A stretch of DNA of 64,000 nucleotides from an uncultured Acidobacteriota bacterium (GTDB lineage: Bacteria; Acidobacteriota; UBA6911). How positions within the stretch are numbered: the stretch's first letter is position 1; each line of letters starts with the position of its first letter. Under the pieces are notes generated by a model. The model was not told the origin of the DNA and did no database searches. It was given only the letters and a program-made list of their open reading frames with translations. The stretch spans positions 23,298-87,297 of the forward strand of contig CAWHCF010000019.1 of assembly GCA_963827655.1 (NCBI GenBank), in the 5' to 3' direction. Position numbers and translations under genes: made by a program. Shown here piece by piece: positions 59,604 through 64,000 of the stretch.

Positions 59604-61694
59604 CTATGTGTTTGATAATCCAAAGGTTAATTGTCTGACGTCCTGTCCCGCAAGGGTTCTCCGATCCTGTCTCGTCGCTTTGATGCGTTCCCGCGCCGTC
59701 GGCTGATCCAGATCGCTGCGCCGAAAGACCCAGGGACCAATACCAAGTGGATGGAGCGATGGCACGTCTCGTCGCTCGGCAGCACGCCGCAGCGTTTTGG
59801 GCGTCACATTCAAGTATGATGCCGCTTCCCCCAGGTTCATCCAGCCTTCCGACTTCCGCCTCTCCTCGGAGTAGACTGGGATTCCATGATAGTTCCGCAG
59901 CGACACCACGCGTTCTTGTGTCCACCGATTGCCGGGGCCGGTTCGAAGGCCATTCCGATTAAGGAACGCGGCAATCCAGTCATCCCTGCATATCGCAGCG
60001 AGAACCCTCACCACATTGATCGTCTCAACGGGTGTGTCGCTGCTGGTCTGGCCGCGGCGCCGGCGGCGGATGCGGAGTTCGGTGTGCGTGTCTCCTTTCC
60101 AATGGAGGACCAGAACAATCTCGCCTTCATCCGAATTCACGTCCACGACGACTTCCTCGATGAGTGTTCGCACGATGCGTTTCTTCAGCCTGGCGTCGGT
60201 CCTCGAATCTTTCCAGACTGACTCCAAGTCCGCGCTCAAATCCTGCAACTGTTCCGGGCTAGGCGGCGTGATCTGGCCACGCCGGTGCTCGACCTCTTCG
60301 ATCCGGTTCTCCATCTCGCGCACTTTGGCGAGCCCGGTATTCCAACGCCTCTCGAGTTCCTCTGCAACCAGACGATTCCCGGGATCCGCTAGATCGTACT
60401 GCCGTCGGGCTCGTTCTGCTTCGTACCGCGCTGCCCGCAGTTCCAAGCCCAACGCGCGCAATACCTCGTCCTGCTTTTCCGTTTTCTGCTGAGCCGCTCG
60501 AAGTGCGGCCTCCACCGCAGCGGGCTCGACAACCCGCAGTACTTCGCGAGCGATGGCCTCGTCAACCGCGGTGCCACCGAAAGAAATGCATTTGGGTTCA
60601 CCTTGGTCGAACGTTCCGCGCCGACACTGATACCTCACCGCGTCGTGGTGTTGTCCCGTATAGGTCACCATCAGCTTCCGGCCGCACTTTCGGCAGCGCA
60701 GGAGGCCGGCCAGCAGCGCCGGACCCATCTTCGGAGCACCCGGCGTGGAGGCGTACCAAGTCTGAGAGTTCTTGGTGATCATGTGACTGACCTGTTCAAA
60801 TTGGTCCCAGGTAATGTAACCTTCATATCGATCCGGGATCAACACAGACCAGTCTTTCATGGGTTTTCGCACAGCCACCTTTTTGAGCCGGCCATCGCGA
60901 ATAGCCGTCACGACGGCGGATCTGCCATACCTGTAGGCACCCGCATAAATCGGGTCTTTCAGAATGTTCAGGACGGAAGAGTAGGAGGGACGTTTCCATA
61001 CCGTCTCCGTTGCTCCTGCCGTGTGGTGGATTACTGGTAAGTCCAGCCCTTGTTCAACAAACCACAGCATCGTTTGTCGCACTGTCCCAAGCTCGAGAAA
61101 CTCCCTAAACACCAAACGGATGGCTTCCTGCACGCGCAGGTCCGGGTCCTTCTCCAGCCGCTGATCCGGGGTCTTGACGTAGCCGATCGGCGCTGCAACC
61201 ACCAGTTCGCCGCGCGATGCCTTTTGCCGGCGCGCTTCCTGGGACCTCTGTCTCAACAGGTCGAGTTCGTATTCGTTCAAACTCCCTTTCAGTCCAAGCA
61301 GGAGGCGGTCGTTGCTGTTTCTTGAGTCATAAACCACCTCCTGGTCCAACAGGAGCGTGTCCACCATCCGACAGACCTCGATCAGCTGCTGCCAGTCCTT
61401 GCTGTTGCGGGCAAAGCGCGAAACCTCTCGTGCCGCCACCACGCCTACTCGTCCGAGGCAGACTTCGGCAACCATTCTCTGAAATCCGCTCCGCTCCACG
61501 CCGCCTGATGCCGAGCGGCCCAGATCCTCATCGATGACGTTAACCTCCTGCCATCCGAGATCTCGAATCCGTTGTTTCATCGCGTACTGCAGACGCCGGC
61601 TCTCCTCGTTGTGGGTTACCTGAAACGTTGATGACTGGCGAACGTACAACACTGCATTCCGATCCAAGTGATGTGTCTTGATTTTTTCATTCAT
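59604..61694 (-). CDS. Large serine recombinase with zinc ribbon, coiled coil and C-terminal HTH
   Basis: 'YVRQS' (Ser21), 'EVSRFAR', 'CRKCG...YQC...KC', C-terminal 'MNLGEAASYLNVTPKTLRR'. Confidence 0.95.
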   Translation of the reverse strand: MNEKIKTHHLDRNAVLYVRQSSTFQVTHNEESRRLQYAMKQRIRDLGWQEVNVIDEDLGRSASGGVERSGFQRMVAEVCLGRVGVVAAREVSRFARNSKDWQQLIEVCRMVDTLLLDQEVVYDSRNSNDRLLLGLKGSLNEYELDLLRQRSQEARRQKASRGELVVAAPIGYVKTPDQRLEKDPDLRVQEAIRLVFREFLELGTVRQTMLWFVEQGLDLPVIHHTAGATETVWKRPSYSSVLNILKDPIYAGAYRYGRSAVVTAIRDGRLKKVAVRKPMKDWSVLIPDRYEGYITWDQFEQVSHMITKNSQTWYASTPGAPKMGPALLAGLLRCRKCGRKLMVTYTGQHHDAVRYQCRRGTFDQGEPKCISFGGTAVDEAIAREVLRVVEPAAVEAALRAAQQKTEKQDEVLRALGLELRAARYEAERARRQYDLADPGNRLVAEELERRWNTGLAKVREMENRIEEVEHRRGQITPPSPEQLQDLSADLESVWKDSRTDARLKKRIVRTLIEEVVVDVNSDEGEIVLVLHWKGDTHTELRIRRRRRGQTSSDTPVETINVVRVLAAICRDDWIAAFLNRNGLRTGPGNRWTQERVVSLRNYHGIPVYSEERRKSEGWMNLGEAASYLNVTPKTLRRAAERRDVPSLHPLGIGPWVFRRSDLDQPTARERIKATRQDRRTLAGQDVRQLTFGLSNT

Positions 61695-61872
61695 TGCTCG
61701 ACCCTCCTTGTTTCTGATCCCCCGCGTTTTGATCCAGTCGATCCCGAAACATCCGAGCGAGGTCCTGCAACACCTTTTCTCGGGTCGTCTCGGGGAGGGT
61801 CTTCCAGTCGGGATCTTCGAGGGGGGGGTGATACAACTCCAGCTGCTTGAGTCGGCGAAACGGTCTGGGCAT
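61687..61872 (-). CDS. Small accessory protein of the recombinase element (61 aa)
   Basis: SD AAGGAGGT before ATG 61872; 'QLELYHPP...PDWKTLPETTREKVLQDLARMF'; stop overlaps recombinase 5' end. Confidence 0.65.
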   Translation of the reverse strand: MPRPFRRLKQLELYHPPLEDPDWKTLPETTREKVLQDLARMFRDRLDQNAGDQKQGGSSNE

Positions 61873-62214
61873 GGGCACCTCCTTGAACTGCCTCAAGTTG
61901 ATGCCCGCCTTGTACCACGTCGGAATCGTCCGTGCCGAGAGCACGATCGAGAAGCTGACGCAGCTGCCTCAAAGCCTCCGCGTCGACAAGAGCAGTCTGG
62001 CTCAACGTCATCGTTGAGCAGACGGCACTGTCTAGCATCCAAACGGGAATGTCGAAGCCTCTACGTCCTACGTCGCTGTGAGGATCACACCTGGCAACTA
62101 AGCCGTTTTTCCAGCGCTGTTCCAGACGGACTGGGATCGATTGCCTGTAGAGGGGATGCCAGGGATAGTGAACTTCCCGAAGCTCAGTCTTGTGTGTCTT
62201 GTGTTGATGGGTTG
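61691..62214 (-). CDS. Start-less ORF (DUF5372/Y4bD-like) completed only in the excised circle
   Basis: Open frame 'TTHQHKTHKTELREVHYPWHPLY...IPVWMLD...' from the element end; no in-frame ATG/GTG/TTG before 62038; stop overlaps recombinase ATG. Confidence 0.7.
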
Positions 62215-62712
62215 TACAACTTCGTCAGGCCTCACATGGCGCTGAAGTTCGGACTCGAGGTCCGGACACCGGCCATGCAGGCGGGATTGAGCACCAGGCG
62301 GCTGACGTTCCGGGAGATCTTCTCCTCGACCTGCATTTTTTGGCGCTGCGAAATGTCACTCTCGTGTTCTTCGACTCCGCCTTGTTGGTCGATGTGGACC
62401 ATTCGCGTCTTTCTATGGCGGCGTAGCAACACTGGATGGCGGAAGCACCGCAGCGTTTCTCGCCCGTCTCGCAGACGCGTACCCCGCTTTTTCTACCGGT
62501 ACGATGAGGCGCCGCTCTTGATCGTGAACAGCAGCGTATCAATTTCGCCGGACGATCGGTCGCATCTCGACCTTCTGGTATCGCGAATCGGCGGCATGCG
62601 ACGCCGGCGCGAGTTTTTTTCAATATTGGCCAGTTCGCGTGACGCTTTCGAAGCTGGATCGACATCGCTCATGCAGACGAGCTCTTTGCGCGACTTCGGG
62701 GGCGCAAAAAAT

Positions 62713-63015
62713 CAATGACGAGCGGCGGGCGTTACGTCGTCGTCGCTCGTCATTTACGAAGCTTCCTGTGCCTGTGGCGTAGGCGTCAACCTCGCCAATC
62801 AGCTGCGGCCGCACAGGAAGGCCGTCAAGCGATGAGGGCAGCTTGGCGGGTTGTTCCAGCCGTTTGACCCAAATCACGATCGCAGGATGGCCAATCTCAT
62901 TACTGCCGATGCCGACCATTACTACGCCTTCAATACCCATCGAGCTCTCTCGCGCCGCCGCGCGAACACCTCCCAACGCCGCCGGCAGGCTGGCCCGGTG
63001 GATGTTCAGAAGCAA
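62713..63015 (-). pseudogene. Small hypothetical protein remnant adjacent to protease gene
   Basis: 'MGIEGVVMVGIG...AIVIWV...LPSSLDGLPVR...GEVDA' within ORF 62620-63015; boundaries uncertain. Confidence 0.45.
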
Positions 63016-63158
63016 CTGCGCCGTGCGCCGGCACGTGCGTGTTGCCGAGCGCGGCCGCCTCGTTGGCCAGCGTGGCAGTATCGGGCGCTACGAGCTGTTC
63101 GTTGTCTGGTGACATTGGCGTCTCCTGGCGTCGCGGAATACACCCACGCTCGCTTTAA

Positions 63159-64000
63159 TTATGTTAGGTCAGCAGTCGGATGTCGAGCGCGGGCAGTACG
63201 CAGGTGATGCGGTTGGCGAAGGTGGTATTGCTGCCGCCCGCAAACGACGGCCCCGCCGCCAGCCGCTGCGCGTCCCACTGCCAGACGAGCGGCCCGATCT
63301 CCGGGCTGGCTAAAACCATTCAGTGCCAACAATGGAAATCTGATCGCGGAAATGGGCAACGGGCTCGTTGATGATGACATTGACGCTGACGCTGACCGCG
63401 GTCGCTCGTCCCTGCGGCAGCTGAGTCGTGCGACCCGTCTTCCCGTTGACCATTTGACCGCCGGCGCAACCCGGATCATGCCGAACCCGAAGAAAGTCGG
63501 CATGCCTGCCGCTAAGGACATCGGCTGCCGACGTCGCGGTCCGGCCACGCCGAACGGACGCGCGATGGACGAAGTTGATCGCGCCGCTTGCGAAGTTGAT
63601 AAGCACGAAGCGCTCGAGGATCGCGATCTGGTCAGCCGGATGTACGCCGCCATCGCCTTGGCCCGGCTGGACGATCGACTGCCCGAGCGCGGCATCGTTG
63701 CTGCGCGCGAAGACGTGATTGTTGCTCAACACCAGCAGCCGGCTGTTGCGCGGCGCCATGAACCTGTTGCCGTGCAAACAATCCTACCCGTACCGCCGAG
63801 TGAGCATCACTCAACAAGATCCCGCCAGGCGCTGGCCGCAGCCGGAAGCGATGCGGATACGCGTCCACGATTCCTACGGCGCCTGGACGATCGGCGCCGT
63901 GCTACAGTTGCGCGCGTGCCGGCGAGTGCTCCGATGGCCTGCACGACATGCTCGATCGGATCACGCTCAACGGTGAACACGACGAGTGCGGCCTCGCCGG
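63159..64000 (-). pseudogene. Trypsin-like (S1) serine protease, multiply frameshifted
   Basis: 'LSNNHVFA', 'IVQPG..DGG', 'KTGRTT', 'FSQPGD' spread over several frames. Confidence 0.7.

Larger units (their letters stand above)
59574..62219 (-). mobile_element. Compact large-serine-recombinase element (2641-bp unit plus duplicated TACAA core)
   Basis: TACAA at 59574-59578 and 62215-62219; removal rejoins TGC TAT TAC AAC TTC GTC AGG CCT CAC (CYYNFVRPH). Confidence 0.88.
59230..62449 (+). mobile_element. IS1-like element, internally deleted and interrupted
   Basis: IRL GGTGCTTCTGCTATCTACGGTTG (59230-59252) vs reverse complement of 62427-62449 GGTGCTTCCGCCATCCAGTGTTG (18/23); transposase C-terminus 'CHAR...HLELIHCYYN|FVRPHMALKFG..RTPAMQAGL'. 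Confidence 0.75.
58707..64000. mobile_element. Left portion of a tRNA-Ser-integrated genomic island (extends beyond window)
   Basis: tRNA fragment boundary, TGGGCACA direct repeats at 58848 and 58860, IS debris and pseudogenes. Confidence 0.7.

Noticed and set aside
61678-62718. 346-aa plus-strand ORF
   Set aside because: Chimeric read-through of the antisense element end, the transposase tail, the IR and a truncated gene; not one protein.
63150-63175. Integron attC-like GTTAGGT
   Set aside because: No complementary RYYYAAC box or cassette array found, and no integron integrase.

Overview
GC-rich bacterial chromosomal segment, most likely Acidobacteriota (inferred from the acidobacterial-type VWA protein, two PadR + duplicated orphan-permease pairs and PD40/wHTH proteins). 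Positions 1-38.7 kb are mostly housekeeping (thiI, RluA-family synthase, lgt, a second EF-G, topA, dprA, mqnA, asnS, folD, coaE, nuoL/M) and are peppered with short repeat/hairpin families linked to GxxExxY and four-helix-bundle gene remnants. Positions 38.7-58.6 kb are accessory (ABC permeases, two toxin-antitoxin pairs, hydrolases). At 58645-58706 the 3' half of a tRNA-Ser(CGA) marks the boundary of an integrated island that runs off the right edge. Inside it is a nested stack: an IS1-like element (imperfect terminal inverted repeats) holds an IS3 3' remnant and a 2641-bp large-serine-recombinase element inserted at a TACAA core in the transposase Y-N codons. Main finding: joining the two ends of that element in silico fuses an RBS+ATG from one end, in frame, to a start-less ORF at the other. 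This creates a 179-aa gene across the junction and a circle that is coding except for 14 nt. Many genes carry single-base frameshifts, probably assembly errors.
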